The translations under genes were made by a program, and so were the position numbers. 64,000 bases of DNA. Origin: Desulfomonilia bacterium. Its GTDB lineage: Bacteria; Desulfobacterota; Desulfomonilia; UBA1062. This document shows positions 49,885 to 60,614 of this stretch, piece by piece. The notes under the pieces are model-generated. The model was not told the origin of the DNA, did not search any database, and was given only the letters and a program-made list of their open reading frames with translations. The first letter of the stretch is position 1, and every line of letters starts with the position of its first letter. The stretch lies in the NCBI GenBank assembly GCA_050014195.1, contig JBEKDT010000001.1, positions 32,001 to 96,000 of the forward strand. The letters run 5' to 3'.

Positions 49885-51339
49885 ATGCCAATCCTTGAAC
49901 ATATCGATATACTGAGAAAAGGGGTTGATGTTTGGAATCAGTGGAGGAAAGATAATCCAACGATAATACCTGATCTTAGTGGGGCGGATCTCACTACAAA
50001 TATTGTCTGTAATGCTGAACGAGAAGAATTAATTAACTATCTTATCGGTGGCTCACGATTTTATAAACATGGAATGGAAGAATTATCAAAAGACGTCAAT
50101 AAGTTATTTTCGAAGCCCAGACTTTATATTAAAATTCATCTGTTATTCATCCATATTGCTGATTGGCGCTTACGCTTTTTCCGTAGAATTAAGGGGAAGC
50201 TATTCCCGTTTTTAACCGAGAAAGAACCAAGTGTAATTAAATACTCTTCATATTTGCGGGGTATTAATCTAAGCCATTGTAACCTTAATAATGCAAATCT
50301 TGAAGCGGTATATATGCCTGAAGCTAACCTAGAAAAAGCCAAGTGTGAAAAAGCAAATTTTAACAATACCGATCTGAGATATTCGAACTTTAGCAACGCC
50401 AGTCTTTATCAAGCCTGCTTTACTAACTCTGATCTAGAGAATGCACAACTTATTCGCTCAAATCTATCCGAAGCAAATTTTCATAGAGCTATACTTAGGG
50501 GATCAATCCTGAATGATATAATAGCCTATGGAGTTGATTTCTCCGGAGCGGATCTTGGTTATTCAAATTGCCATCCGATTGATTTTCAAAAAATAGACCC
50601 TTACACCTTCCGTTCCCAAATAACTCGTATGAATCATGCTTATGTTAATGGCGCTAACTTCAACTATACGAATATGCGAGATATCGAAATGAATCGAGCT
50701 AGTCTGAACGGCGCTAAGTTTGTTAAAGCGGATCTTTCAAATGCTCAATTATCAGGCTCATTTCTCGCAAAGACTGATCTTTCAGGAGCGATTTTAGAAG
50801 GAGCAAATCTGGAAAAAACAAATGTCTTTGATGTGAAGTTTAATCGTTTAGGTAAATTTCGTGGAATTCGTTTAGACAGATGTTATGGAAGTGCTCGGTT
50901 TGAAAGATTTGCTAAAGATCAAAATTATTTAGAAGAGCTTAGGAATGAAGGTCACATAGGTAGAATATCATATAATATATGGTTAATCCTTGCTGATTGT
51001 GGCAGGACTCCTTGGCGTTGGATCATGTGGTCTACTCTAGCAATATTGTTTTTTGGTTCTCTATATGCCAACTACGAACTTCCTACCTGGTTAGCTTGGA
51101 TTCCAGATTACGGGAAAAAAGTCATTGCTGACATGTGTCCTCATCTCAAATATGTCAACCGAACCCCATTTACACCTTATTATTTTAGTATAGTCACTTT
51201 TACGACTCTAGGGTTTGGAGATGTTGTTCCGATTAATATGGCTGGGGAAATATGTGTATCACTTGAAGTAATTATTGGATATGTGATGTTGGGCGGTCTT
51301 ATATCTATTTTGGCATCAATTATTGCGCGGCGAAGTTAA
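49885..51339 (+). CDS. Pentapeptide-repeat protein with C-terminal 2TM potassium-channel-like domain
   Basis: GVDVWNQWR, many A-N/D-L/F repeats, YFSIVTFTTLGFGD. Confidence 0.88.
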   Translation: MPILEHIDILRKGVDVWNQWRKDNPTIIPDLSGADLTTNIVCNAEREELINYLIGGSRFYKHGMEELSKDVNKLFSKPRLYIKIHLLFIHIADWRLRFFRRIKGKLFPFLTEKEPSVIKYSSYLRGINLSHCNLNNANLEAVYMPEANLEKAKCEKANFNNTDLRYSNFSNASLYQACFTNSDLENAQLIRSNLSEANFHRAILRGSILNDIIAYGVDFSGADLGYSNCHPIDFQKIDPYTFRSQITRMNHAYVNGANFNYTNMRDIEMNRASLNGAKFVKADLSNAQLSGSFLAKTDLSGAILEGANLEKTNVFDVKFNRLGKFRGIRLDRCYGSARFERFAKDQNYLEELRNEGHIGRISYNIWLILADCGRTPWRWIMWSTLAILFFGSLYANYELPTWLAWIPDYGKKVIADMCPHLKYVNRTPFTPYYFSIVTFTTLGFGDVVPINMAGEICVSLEVIIGYVMLGGLISILASIIARRS

Positions 51340-51687
51340 TTTATAGAGTTGTCATTCACATCATAATATTCTTCTTAAGTTGGGTTATTATACAACGCTC
51401 TATTTCAACCACTTAGACAGAACATTATTGATTCTTTCTAGCTGAGTAGAACCTTAAAATATATCCAAAAACAATGATCTCCTAATGAGATTACTATACA
51501 AAAATTCTTCTCCATAAGAAGTCCATATCCAGGCATCCGATATGTATACAAACCTTATCGATAGAAACCGTTTGTGCCATAGTAGGCGAGATGATCACCT
51601 TGGCTGATTATCATATGATTTAAAACAAGATGTTCAATTTTCGGCTTTTCTCAAAACCGTGACGAATATCGAAGTGATCATCATAGT

Positions 51688-51768
51688 GGATAACGTATGC
51701 TATGATGCGCAAGAAAAGACCGTGCGAAGCGCGGCTATTTCTCATCGCTGTCGATGGCTTTGTTGAGG
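51688..51768 (-). other. Integron attC site
   Basis: Minus strand CCTCAAC-aaagccatcgacagcg...hairpin...cgcatcatagcatac-GTTATCC, 81 bp. Confidence 0.7.
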
Positions 51769-52238
51769 TTGGATGTAGAGAGGACAGCTTTGATACACTC
51801 GATGAGACTTTGCGGCCCCACGAGTGGACCAATACCTCCGAGTCTATGAATATCCTTACAATGTGCCTTTGCGAGTGGACTATCGGAGTATATGATTACG
51901 GGCATGTGAAGTTCAGATTTCTGCAGATACTTGAGGACTTCGATTCCTGCGAGTTGGTTATCTCCACGACTCATATCCGAAATCACAAGGGCAATCGCAC
52001 ACTCTGATCTTTCGAGAATTGATGTGGCCTCCTCTGTAGACAACGCAATAACGATTGAAGCTCCGCTATCATCCAGCAATCTGTGTGGGAGTTGGTTGTT
52101 AGCCGGTTGATCATCAATCCAAAGGATTCTCTTTCCTGCCGGTGAAGTGCCAAGTGATCGTCTCAAGTCCGAGAGCATTGCCATAGCCTCGCGAATCGCA
52201 GTGAGACTTGTCTTTTGTGGTCTTTCATCCGTCTCCAT
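51735..52238 (-). CDS. Atypical receiver-domain protein
   Basis: ILWIDD, ISD, IIYS; the conserved Lys is not evident. Confidence 0.75.
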   Translation of the reverse strand: METDERPQKTSLTAIREAMAMLSDLRRSLGTSPAGKRILWIDDQPANNQLPHRLLDDSGASIVIALSTEEATSILERSECAIALVISDMSRGDNQLAGIEVLKYLQKSELHMPVIIYSDSPLAKAHCKDIHRLGGIGPLVGPQSLIECIKAVLSTSNLNKAIDSDEK

Positions 52239-52247
52239 AGCCCGGCG

Positions 52248-53429
52248 CTAGTCCCCCTTGTTGGCTTGATTCAGTGGTGAATCCACCACTTCACTAAGCA
52301 TATAGAACCACTGATGCTTCTGCTTCATCTTATGCGCAACTGGAATGCCAATGGTTTCCTCCACAGCCTTCTGTGCGGGCGTGCCAATCAATGGAACGAA
52401 TCCTATAGGTAGTGTAACATAGCCAAGGACATTACGAAATCGTGTAACCTTCCTTTCAGTTTGGAGCACTTCCGCCAGTACTGATCGAGCGAAGTGTTCA
52501 TCGAACTGAACTCTTCCAGCCACTGCATCGCTGATGAGTTGGCGAAGGTCCTGTATTCGTTTGTCATTGAGAACTTTCAGAAGAGCATGTGTATCATTTA
52601 TAGCCAGTTCAGGGAATGCCACTGTAAACAGCTTTTCGACCTGCTTCCTTCCCTCTTCTGTTGGGTTTTCAGCTTTACCTATAGAAAGGAACTTGGTGTA
52701 GTAGAATGGGGTGAAGTCAAGCCAGTCATGGAATGGGATCTGAAATTCATTCGAAAGGACAAGGTTGGCATTGACATACCCCAGATATGCACGGAGAACT
52801 TCCCGCAACGCGCTGCGATAGTCTTTTTGTTTTCGCTTTTCAGAAGAGGAGAGAGCGGTGTCAACCATGTCAGACAGGTAATGTGCATTTCCCATCACCC
52901 CATGCACCATGTGACCGATCTCATGCATCAACACTGCCCTGTGGTGGTGAAGTGCATGCATATCGTGGCCCGAGAGGTGATCATCGTGCAGAGAAAGGAA
53001 TTCACATTGATCACGCCAGACCTGTATAGACATATCGGCAAAATGCCGCCACGTGGTCAATGATTCCCTTAAGGGTATGACCCACTGATCGAGAACATCC
53101 ATGTCGTGTTCTAACATTTTTTCGAGCAGATCAGACTTGCCTCGGAGGATTGACGCGAAATCGACGAGTTCAATGCGGCCTTCGATCATCAATTCACGGA
53201 AGGTATCTGCCACGCCTGAGTAAGCACGTGCAGGATTCTCGACCAAACGCGCAAAGGACATCTCATCCATTACAATTTGATCGCAGAGGACAAGGAGTTC
53301 GTAATCGGGCATGAACTCCTCATTAATTAAACGAAACGAGACAGGTGGCATCCTGTGAAATACAGAGTTCCCCCTTGAACCGCTGCCTTGGGGATCCTCA
53401 ATGCCGAATGATGTGAGCATGAGTTTCAT
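52248..53429 (-). CDS. Hypothetical protein with His-rich insert
   Basis: GGAGG RBS; HDDH...HHH...HEIGH segment; 9 bp from the receiver gene. Confidence 0.75.
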   Translation of the reverse strand: MKLMLTSFGIEDPQGSGSRGNSVFHRMPPVSFRLINEEFMPDYELLVLCDQIVMDEMSFARLVENPARAYSGVADTFRELMIEGRIELVDFASILRGKSDLLEKMLEHDMDVLDQWVIPLRESLTTWRHFADMSIQVWRDQCEFLSLHDDHLSGHDMHALHHHRAVLMHEIGHMVHGVMGNAHYLSDMVDTALSSSEKRKQKDYRSALREVLRAYLGYVNANLVLSNEFQIPFHDWLDFTPFYYTKFLSIGKAENPTEEGRKQVEKLFTVAFPELAINDTHALLKVLNDKRIQDLRQLISDAVAGRVQFDEHFARSVLAEVLQTERKVTRFRNVLGYVTLPIGFVPLIGTPAQKAVEETIGIPVAHKMKQKHQWFYMLSEVVDSPLNQANKGD

Positions 53430-53776
53430 TAGAGATTCCTCCGATTTCTTTAATCCTCTGCTTCTGCTATCGCTGCCCTTCTGAGTGACCAATTGCTATG
53501 CTGCAATATTACTGTTTATAACCATTGTTATCCATAGTACGATTACAGTATATCCTGATATCTATTAAGTGCAAGGAATTATACTGTTAAGTTATAGATT
53601 TTGTGCCAGACTAAACGGATTACCCAGATTGAATATATCTTTTGATAATTATCACCACCATGCAATCAGATATGTGTGTATAGAGCTATAAGCACTTTAC
53701 ACTCAGATAAATCATAAGTTTTTCAGAGTACGGGTATGTATAGCTCACACTTTGAATTCTACACTTAATATTTTGC

Positions 53777-56700
53777 TTATGATGATGATATAAATTTATT
53801 ATCACCTTTACCATCTATTTTTATGTATCCATCAATGTACAAAACCCTTAGAGAGGCTGAATAACTGCCGCTGTCACGATAACCATATTTGTCTGTAAGA
53901 ACATCCTTCAAGTCAGTCCAAGTTATTTTTCTTGCCTCTCTCACATGATAAAGCATTCGAGATGGTAACGAGTTAGGGTTATTAAGCTCTTCCCTATAAC
54001 TTTTTAAGTATGCTGGCTCCTTCGTTAACACTATTGGCGGGTTGGTAGCATCATCATTAATATATTTTTTATAAGCAGAAAGTTGTTCTTGAGTAATAAG
54101 ATTGTCAGCTATGAGTACGGATAATTTATATTCTTCTAGTTCATCAAATAGTGATTTTTTTAATGTCATTTCCTCACCAGAAGGAAGTATCATTGTTGCT
54201 TTATTGTTATTTATATCCTTCTTAACAATAAAATATTTCTCTGATGATTTATTTTTACATACTTCAACATAGATATTAAGTGATTCATCTTTTAGATAAG
54301 GTTTGTGTAGTTCATCGGACTTTGGTTCTGTTTTTGTTTTGATTGGTTCAGCAGAAACGCTGACTAAATCTGATTTATCTAAATGGGTACTTCTATCCTC
54401 AACCGTTTGTACTTTATTATAATTTTTCGTTCCCCTACAACGAGGGAACTGACTGCAACCATAGAATTGGCCAAATTTGCCACGACGGAGCACCATATTT
54501 GATCCACATTTGGGACACTTGGTTTTTGTGGGCTGGGCGGACAGACCCGAAGCCTTCTGGAGAGTCTCTTTTTTCATCCCCTTACAGGTGATACAAATTC
54601 TTCCGATTCCCTTTATCAGAGATGGATCTCTAAATTCGTCTATATCCCTAAGTTCCTTGCATTTTGGGCATTCTTTTACCTCATTGGTGCGAAGACCGTC
54701 TATTGTTTCGAGTACTCCGCTAAGAACCCAATTGGTCTCATCTCTCTCTTCGATCTGAGCCCGAAGTCGTTTTTCAAGCGTCACAACAGGGTCCTTCCCA
54801 ATGTTGAACCTATTTATACGCAGGAACTTATAGCCATATCCCTCGATTGTCTTCTGTCGGTATACATCTTCTTCGCTGTAGTACTGATTGTAGTTATGAG
54901 CTAGAACCCACTCATGGTTGATGAAGTGCTCTTTGAAGCCGTCGTACTCGATGATAATACGATGCTTCGAACCGGCAGGATCTCTGTAAGTCAGCAAAAA
55001 ATCGACTTTGTATTCCGGATGCTTGTAAGTATGCGTCCGGTCGAGTTGGTTCAGATATCTGCCGATGTTGAACTGAGGGATCAGTGAAATGGAGCCACTG
55101 GCACGGTTCTCCTGCCAGAGAGGCGTGTTGAGAATCCAACCGAGGACTTCCCGTTCCATTGGAGACTTCGGATCTACATCCTCGCTGGTAGGTTCCTGCT
55201 GGGCTACCCGACGCTCTTCCCAGTAATGGCGAAGCGCTATGCCAATCGAACCGCTGTATTGGTCAAGTGGCTTACTAAGGACGAAATGCATTGTCTCCTT
55301 GGCCCGACTGAAGCCAACATTGAGACGCTGTGCCTTGATTTTACCGTTCTCTTCGACATCGACCTTTTCAAGGTCCTTGACGAAAATGCCCCAAAGACGG
55401 TCAATAGCCGGATTTGCTACCATAGAGTAGTAAATGATATCCCGTTCCTCGCCCTGACATGTATCGAAGGTCATAATCTTGAGCCGCAGATTGTCATAGA
55501 GCCAGTCCCGTTCGGAAAGCCTGTTTATGGCTTCCATAATTAATTTCTGCTGGTTGGTATGCGGAGTGATAATCCCGGCGGTTCCTTTAAACCCTACTGC
55601 CTTCAGACGTAGCAGCTCAGTAGTAATGAAGTCGATTTCTGGGCGGTTAGTGTTCGCAACAGGCTCATTTTTCCCGTCATGGTCGATGAAACTGAAGGCA
55701 AGCACATCGTCGATGATGTTCCCGCGTATCTTCATCACTTGCAGGCTGTTCTTATAAAAGTAACGGTTGGAGTAGGAAATAATCTCTCGGTAGCCTCTGA
55801 AATACTTGTTCAGTTGTATAGTAAAATTGTTAATGAATTCGAAAAATTCAAGAATTGAAGTGCGGATGTTGAAATTCTCTATACGTATCAATTTGCCTTC
55901 ATCACTCGACACGCAGGCAATAAAGCTTGCTCGCAGGTGGTTCAAATACTCGTTATTGGTTTCAGATCTGGCATGAGCAGCCTTTACATTGGAGAACTGT
56001 TTCTTGTCGCCGAGAACCAGCACCTTGCGTGCACGTAGCAACGCCGGGAAAGCTTGGGAAATGCTTACCTGTGATGCCTCGTCAATGATGACCAGATCAA
56101 AAATATCTGCCTGAAGCGGGATGTATTCCGCATAGTCCCTTATGCCGGAAAGTATGCAGGGAAATGCATTCTTGAGCTTCTCGAATTCGTCCTTCGGAAA
56201 ACGGCGTTTTTTCTGAATGATGGTCCTCAGGGACTTTGCTGTCGCCTGATTATTCTGATAGAAGTCGATAACCCGTCCGTCAAGACGATATGTCATCTCC
56301 ATGGTAATTAGTTTTTCGATTTGGCGTTTTCTTGCGGCATAACCAACAGTGCCTAGTCCTCGGAATTTCTGTTCAAGTCGTTGCCTCAATGCAATGTATC
56401 CCACCAGTTCGTCAAACTCTGCTTGTGGCATTGCTGCGAGCTTGCTTCGGCATAGCGAAGTGATTGAAACTTCCTGGATGCCAAGCTTTTTCAGTGTTAC
56501 CGGGTAGATTTTGATTCGCTCCTCAATGTAGTGCAGGTCGTCGGTAAGCCGAGCAAACCGCTCCATTTCACCATGAAACTCTGAGTCATGCACAACGCTC
56601 CAAAGAGTTGCCGCAAAATCATATGGTTTATCAGTTGCGGGAATCGCCGCTTTGATAAGGAAGGCTTTATTAAGCATTTCAAGCGTCCGTGCTATGATCG

Positions 56701-58960
56701 GCAGCGATCCATGTGCCTTAGTCAAAGTAGAGTTGGGGAACAGTGTCCGAAACCGAGCATTGATAGTATTTTTCCGCCACCACTTCAGGCTGCCGAGGAA
56801 TTCTGCTTTCAGTGCTACAAAGTCGGTATGGATTCCCTTGAGTGGTTCAATCTTGTTATCTTCCATGCCCCCAAACTGCTCAAGAAGTTTATCTGTGTCG
56901 TAGTGATCATTTAACTTTGCAACTCCTACCAACAACATGCCACAGTGTTGACCGAACCGGGACAGTACACGGACGTCACCGGTAGGTTTCAGTCCCATGT
57001 CAAAACAGAGTCTCGGAAATGAGTTCGGAATGTTACCCCCATCTGCGCCTAATGTCTCACAGAGGTCGATTACAATCCGCCGTAGTTCATCGAGATCGCC
57101 AGGTGCAGCAACATGGCGGGACAACTCTTCTGTATCCCATAGGAGAGGCTTGTCAGACATGCACACTTCACTGTCGAGTAGTTCACTAATCTCATCAAGA
57201 CTGATATCGCCACCGCTGAGTATCTCTGCTTCGATCTCTTCCTTAAGAGATGCAATTGAACTGGTTATGTTCTTCTCTAGTTCTCCGTGCTTGCTTTTAA
57301 GGGCTCGATAGGCATCATTGATACTTGTGATTGCAGCGCTCGAAAGAATCTGGGCATAGGTGCTTCCTGTCTTGCCAAGACGTAGGATCGGGTTTTGGAA
57401 GTTCTTGTCATGCCGTACCCGATTCAGCGTTTCTGTAATCTTGTCCTCGACTACATCCAGGGCTTCCTTCTTGTCAGAAAGCACTAGAACAGACTTATTG
57501 TTCAGAACTGCATCACAGACGATAGCGGTAATGGTATGACTTTTACCGGTGCCTGGTGGCCCCTGGACAGTGATATAGTTGCACCCGTCCCTCTTTACCG
57601 CTATGAGTATCTGGCGTTGTTCCTCATTCAAGGCTATCGGCGAAGAAGCCACCAGTTTGTCATCAGTGCTTGTTGCATCCCACTCGTCATGAACATTCGA
57701 CATGAAGGAAACAGGTTCCTTTTCAAGGAAGTCCTGGATGATCCGCTCGAAAGCACCCCCTAGTTCACTCTCGTCAAGGGCTAACTGACGGAGGATCTCT
57801 TCATAGTCGTTAATTACGGCTTCGTCAGATTTTTCAAAAAGAGCGAAACTGGTGGCATTACTGATATTGATAAACTTACTTTTTGCAATCTGCGATTTGG
57901 CTGACCCAATGTCTATTTTAGCATCGGCGGCAAAGTAACTGATCAGTTCATTGAAGACTTCTTGTACGAGAATCTGGAAACCATCTCCCTGGTTAGATAG
58001 ATAAATGATTCGTTCGGTAACGCTTGAGAGACTTCCTTTTTTCTCCGTCTCCCTGCAGTACTCCTGGACAATGAAATCGAGTGCCTTCTTGTTGATAAAT
58101 ACATGGGGATCAAACTCTACAACGAGTGTCTCTCTCTCTCGGAGCAAGTCGATAGGGATATAAAAAAGCGGAAACCTAGTATTACTGTAGCTTATCTCTC
58201 CGAAGTAAAGATAGACATCCTGACCTTCAAGCATTCCCTTGTTACGGACAAGCTCGAATAGTTCCAGATACAGATCGGCAGCCTGATAGGTTTCGAAGAA
58301 ACCTTTGATGGTGCCCCTGACCTCTTCAAGCTGAAGTTGTGTTGCAAAGCGGGCTTCTGCATCGGCCTCCTCACCGGCAATTATTTCACGTACAATGATG
58401 GCAATAATCTCATCGAGTGGCCGGACAAGGACGGCTGTTAACTCCTCTTCCAACAGATAGGTAAGGTTTTCATCGCTGACCGCCAAGTTTGCAAGCGGCT
58501 TGGCAAGGCTGCTTACAAGAGGTTTGACGACCTGTGCATTAACAAGGGTTCCAGCAATGGAAAGGAGCGCTTCAACAGCCCTGTCATATTCTTCCTTATG
58601 TGCTTTACCGAGGCGTCTGGCCTCCTTAGCAAGGGTTGTGGCGATTGAATCAAGAGTTTCAGAGCTAACTCTCTTAAGTTGGGCTTCAACCAATGCAACT
58701 AGGGAGGCAGGTATCAATGCCCGGTAACTTCCCTTTGAAATCTGCTTTAGGATGGATCGGCTAAATCCTCCACGAATAAGCTTCCAGACTATCTCAACAA
58801 ATGCGGGATATTTGTCGAGTTTGATGCCGACCAATAGATTGTCCTGATTCCGGAGTTGAACGGATCGTTTCGGTAAACGTCGCTTGTGGAAGTCAGTTTC
58901 CAGAAAGTCGCGGAAGTAGATTGCGACGTCGCGTAAAAAACCCTTACATCCTGCGTCCAT
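53777..58960 (-). CDS. Large SF1 (DNA2/NAM7-like) helicase fused to Vsr/REase-like nuclease and topoisomerase Zn ribbon; putative defence protein
   Basis: GPPGTGKS, IIDEASQ, GDKKQ, QGEERD, RLNVGFSRA; SPME...KVDF...IEYDG; CPKCGS..GQFYGCSQFPRC. Confidence 0.85.
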   Translation of the reverse strand: MDAGCKGFLRDVAIYFRDFLETDFHKRRLPKRSVQLRNQDNLLVGIKLDKYPAFVEIVWKLIRGGFSRSILKQISKGSYRALIPASLVALVEAQLKRVSSETLDSIATTLAKEARRLGKAHKEEYDRAVEALLSIAGTLVNAQVVKPLVSSLAKPLANLAVSDENLTYLLEEELTAVLVRPLDEIIAIIVREIIAGEEADAEARFATQLQLEEVRGTIKGFFETYQAADLYLELFELVRNKGMLEGQDVYLYFGEISYSNTRFPLFYIPIDLLRERETLVVEFDPHVFINKKALDFIVQEYCRETEKKGSLSSVTERIIYLSNQGDGFQILVQEVFNELISYFAADAKIDIGSAKSQIAKSKFINISNATSFALFEKSDEAVINDYEEILRQLALDESELGGAFERIIQDFLEKEPVSFMSNVHDEWDATSTDDKLVASSPIALNEEQRQILIAVKRDGCNYITVQGPPGTGKSHTITAIVCDAVLNNKSVLVLSDKKEALDVVEDKITETLNRVRHDKNFQNPILRLGKTGSTYAQILSSAAITSINDAYRALKSKHGELEKNITSSIASLKEEIEAEILSGGDISLDEISELLDSEVCMSDKPLLWDTEELSRHVAAPGDLDELRRIVIDLCETLGADGGNIPNSFPRLCFDMGLKPTGDVRVLSRFGQHCGMLLVGVAKLNDHYDTDKLLEQFGGMEDNKIEPLKGIHTDFVALKAEFLGSLKWWRKNTINARFRTLFPNSTLTKAHGSLPIIARTLEMLNKAFLIKAAIPATDKPYDFAATLWSVVHDSEFHGEMERFARLTDDLHYIEERIKIYPVTLKKLGIQEVSITSLCRSKLAAMPQAEFDELVGYIALRQRLEQKFRGLGTVGYAARKRQIEKLITMEMTYRLDGRVIDFYQNNQATAKSLRTIIQKKRRFPKDEFEKLKNAFPCILSGIRDYAEYIPLQADIFDLVIIDEASQVSISQAFPALLRARKVLVLGDKKQFSNVKAAHARSETNNEYLNHLRASFIACVSSDEGKLIRIENFNIRTSILEFFEFINNFTIQLNKYFRGYREIISYSNRYFYKNSLQVMKIRGNIIDDVLAFSFIDHDGKNEPVANTNRPEIDFITTELLRLKAVGFKGTAGIITPHTNQQKLIMEAINRLSERDWLYDNLRLKIMTFDTCQGEERDIIYYSMVANPAIDRLWGIFVKDLEKVDVEENGKIKAQRLNVGFSRAKETMHFVLSKPLDQYSGSIGIALRHYWEERRVAQQEPTSEDVDPKSPMEREVLGWILNTPLWQENRASGSISLIPQFNIGRYLNQLDRTHTYKHPEYKVDFLLTYRDPAGSKHRIIIEYDGFKEHFINHEWVLAHNYNQYYSEEDVYRQKTIEGYGYKFLRINRFNIGKDPVVTLEKRLRAQIEERDETNWVLSGVLETIDGLRTNEVKECPKCKELRDIDEFRDPSLIKGIGRICITCKGMKKETLQKASGLSAQPTKTKCPKCGSNMVLRRGKFGQFYGCSQFPRCRGTKNYNKVQTVEDRSTHLDKSDLVSVSAEPIKTKTEPKSDELHKPYLKDESLNIYVEVCKNKSSEKYFIVKKDINNNKATMILPSGEEMTLKKSLFDELEEYKLSVLIADNLITQEQLSAYKKYINDDATNPPIVLTKEPAYLKSYREELNNPNSLPSRMLYHVREARKITWTDLKDVLTDKYGYRDSGSYSASLRVLYIDGYIKIDGKGDNKFISSS

Positions 58961-59189
58961 GACTATCCCTTTGGAAAATAATAGGGGCACCCTATCTTGA
59001 TTGAGTCAAGAAGAAAAATACGAATGAAGTACAAGAGACAGTGTTTTGTTAATTTTGCAGGTTTTATTCGAAAATCTCTATGTGTGGGGCAGAGACCACT
59101 TGCACAGACCACTATGAGCTATTTGATTATATGGTCAATCTTGGCTGTATACATAATAATGCTAAAATAATCCTGAAATGGATTGTAAC

Positions 59190-59357
59190 GCCTTCTCCGC
59201 TCGCCTTCTAAGCGTCCCGCCAGGCTGATAAACCTGTCATGCCGCTTGCAGCGCTTCGATGGCTTCTTTAAGGAAGGAAACAAAGCCTTTCTTTCGGTCG
59301 TTCCTCCCTCTCCCTTCAATCTCAGGTGAAAGGGGGAGGGAGGAAAAATGTTGTTTT
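59190..59357 (+). repeat. Structured conserved-upstream element, copy 2
   Basis: Same core as copy 1. Confidence 0.8.
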
Positions 59358-59388
59358 CGCGCATTAGACCAAATCAAAGGAGGGCTTT

Positions 59389-59706
59389 ATGAAGCTTTTA
59401 ACAGTTGAGTTGATCAATCAGTTTCCGAGGCTTTACGAGACCGATGGGAAACCGAAGGACCAGGTGAAAATAATCGCCAAGTTCTTTCACCCTATGTCCG
59501 CTGCCACTTGGTATGCAACCGAGTACGATCCGGAGGAAAGGATGTTCTTTGGCTTCGTGAATCTAGGTAATCCCTTATACGCTGAACTGGGATATTTCTC
59601 TCTTGATGAACTTGAAAGTGTAAAGGTGATGGGACTCGGCATCGAGAGAGATCTGCATTTCGGAGAGCATTACTTATCCGAGGTTCTTGAAAGCAAAAAT
59701 ATTTGA
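59389..59706 (+). CDS. DUF2958 family protein
   Basis: [30 protein letters not shown]. Confidence 0.85.
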   Translation: MKLLTVELINQFPRLYETDGKPKDQVKIIAKFFHPMSAATWYATEYDPEERMFFGFVNLGNPLYAELGYFSLDELESVKVMGLGIERDLHFGEHYLSEVLESKNI

Positions 59707-59806
59707 CAACGCCGCGTCCGCCGGGTAACCGGCGGATGCGGGCATAAAAGCATAAAGGATGTATACAGAACAATTTAGGCTCAAAGATCTTTCATAAGCA
59801 ATTCGC

Positions 59807-59960
59807 GCCCCTTTCTCTCGCTTTATAAGCACCGCGCCAACAAGAATACGTTGTCACGCTGCTTGCAACGTTTCAGGGGCTTTCTACAAGGAGGCTTCGC
59901 GGTCTTTTATCTCCGATTTTTATCAACCCATGAATCAGGGGTGAACGGGTTGAAAAAAAT
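59807..59960 (+). repeat. Structured conserved-upstream element, copy 3
   Basis: TTGTCACGCTGCTTGCAACG core; 3' end abuts IS200. Confidence 0.8.
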
Positions 59961-60592
59961 CATGACCTCCGGCAAAGCCGGAGGTTTGTGTAAATCATGA
60001 ACCGCTCAAAGCGGTTTTACCCGATTGCCTTTGTCTCTAGCTGAACATGTTCATCTGCTCAAGTCGCTGGTCTTCTTGCTCCTGCTTCTGGATGTATGAC
60101 CGGACTACTTCCTCGTCCAACCCTACTGTACTCACATAGTAGCCCCTGGCCCAAAATTGCTGACCCGTAAAATTCTTCCTTCGCCCCATGTATGCCCGAG
60201 CTATATGTATCGCACTCTTCCCTTTGATATACCCGATCACCTGGGATACCGAATACTTCGGCGGGATCGATATCAGCATGTGTATATGGTCCTGCTTCAG
60301 ATGTCCCTCGATAACCATGCTCTCCCTCTGTATGGCAAGTTTCCTCATCACCTCACCAAGATACTTCCTCAACTGCCCATACAGCGTCTTCCTTCGATAT
60401 TTCGGTATCCATACAACATGATACTTGCATTCCCACCTGGTGTGCCTTAGACTCTGCTCATCTTCCATGTTTTGCCTCCACTTCTGTAAACTTTGAGCGG
60501 TTCACAGTTAGGAGGCTCTTCAATATTCCCGGAATTGTCAAACTCCGGCGAGTCACCCCGGCAGAGCCGGGGGTTTACCTAAAGTAAATTAA
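59961..60592 (-). mobile_element. IS200-type insertion sequence (approximate ends)
   Basis: tnpA only; subterminal hairpins ACCTCCGGC-aaa-GCCGGAGGT and CCCCGGC-aga-GCCGGGG. Confidence 0.85.
60037..60468 (-). CDS. tnpA: IS200/IS605 Y1 transposase
   Basis: YHVVWIPKYRR, DHIH (HUH), FWARGYY, YIQKQ. Confidence 0.95.
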   Translation of the reverse strand: MEDEQSLRHTRWECKYHVVWIPKYRRKTLYGQLRKYLGEVMRKLAIQRESMVIEGHLKQDHIHMLISIPPKYSVSQVIGYIKGKSAIHIARAYMGRRKNFTGQQFWARGYYVSTVGLDEEVVRSYIQKQEQEDQRLEQMNMFS

Positions 60593-60614
60593 TTTATTAG
60601 AGGAGGAAAGACCA

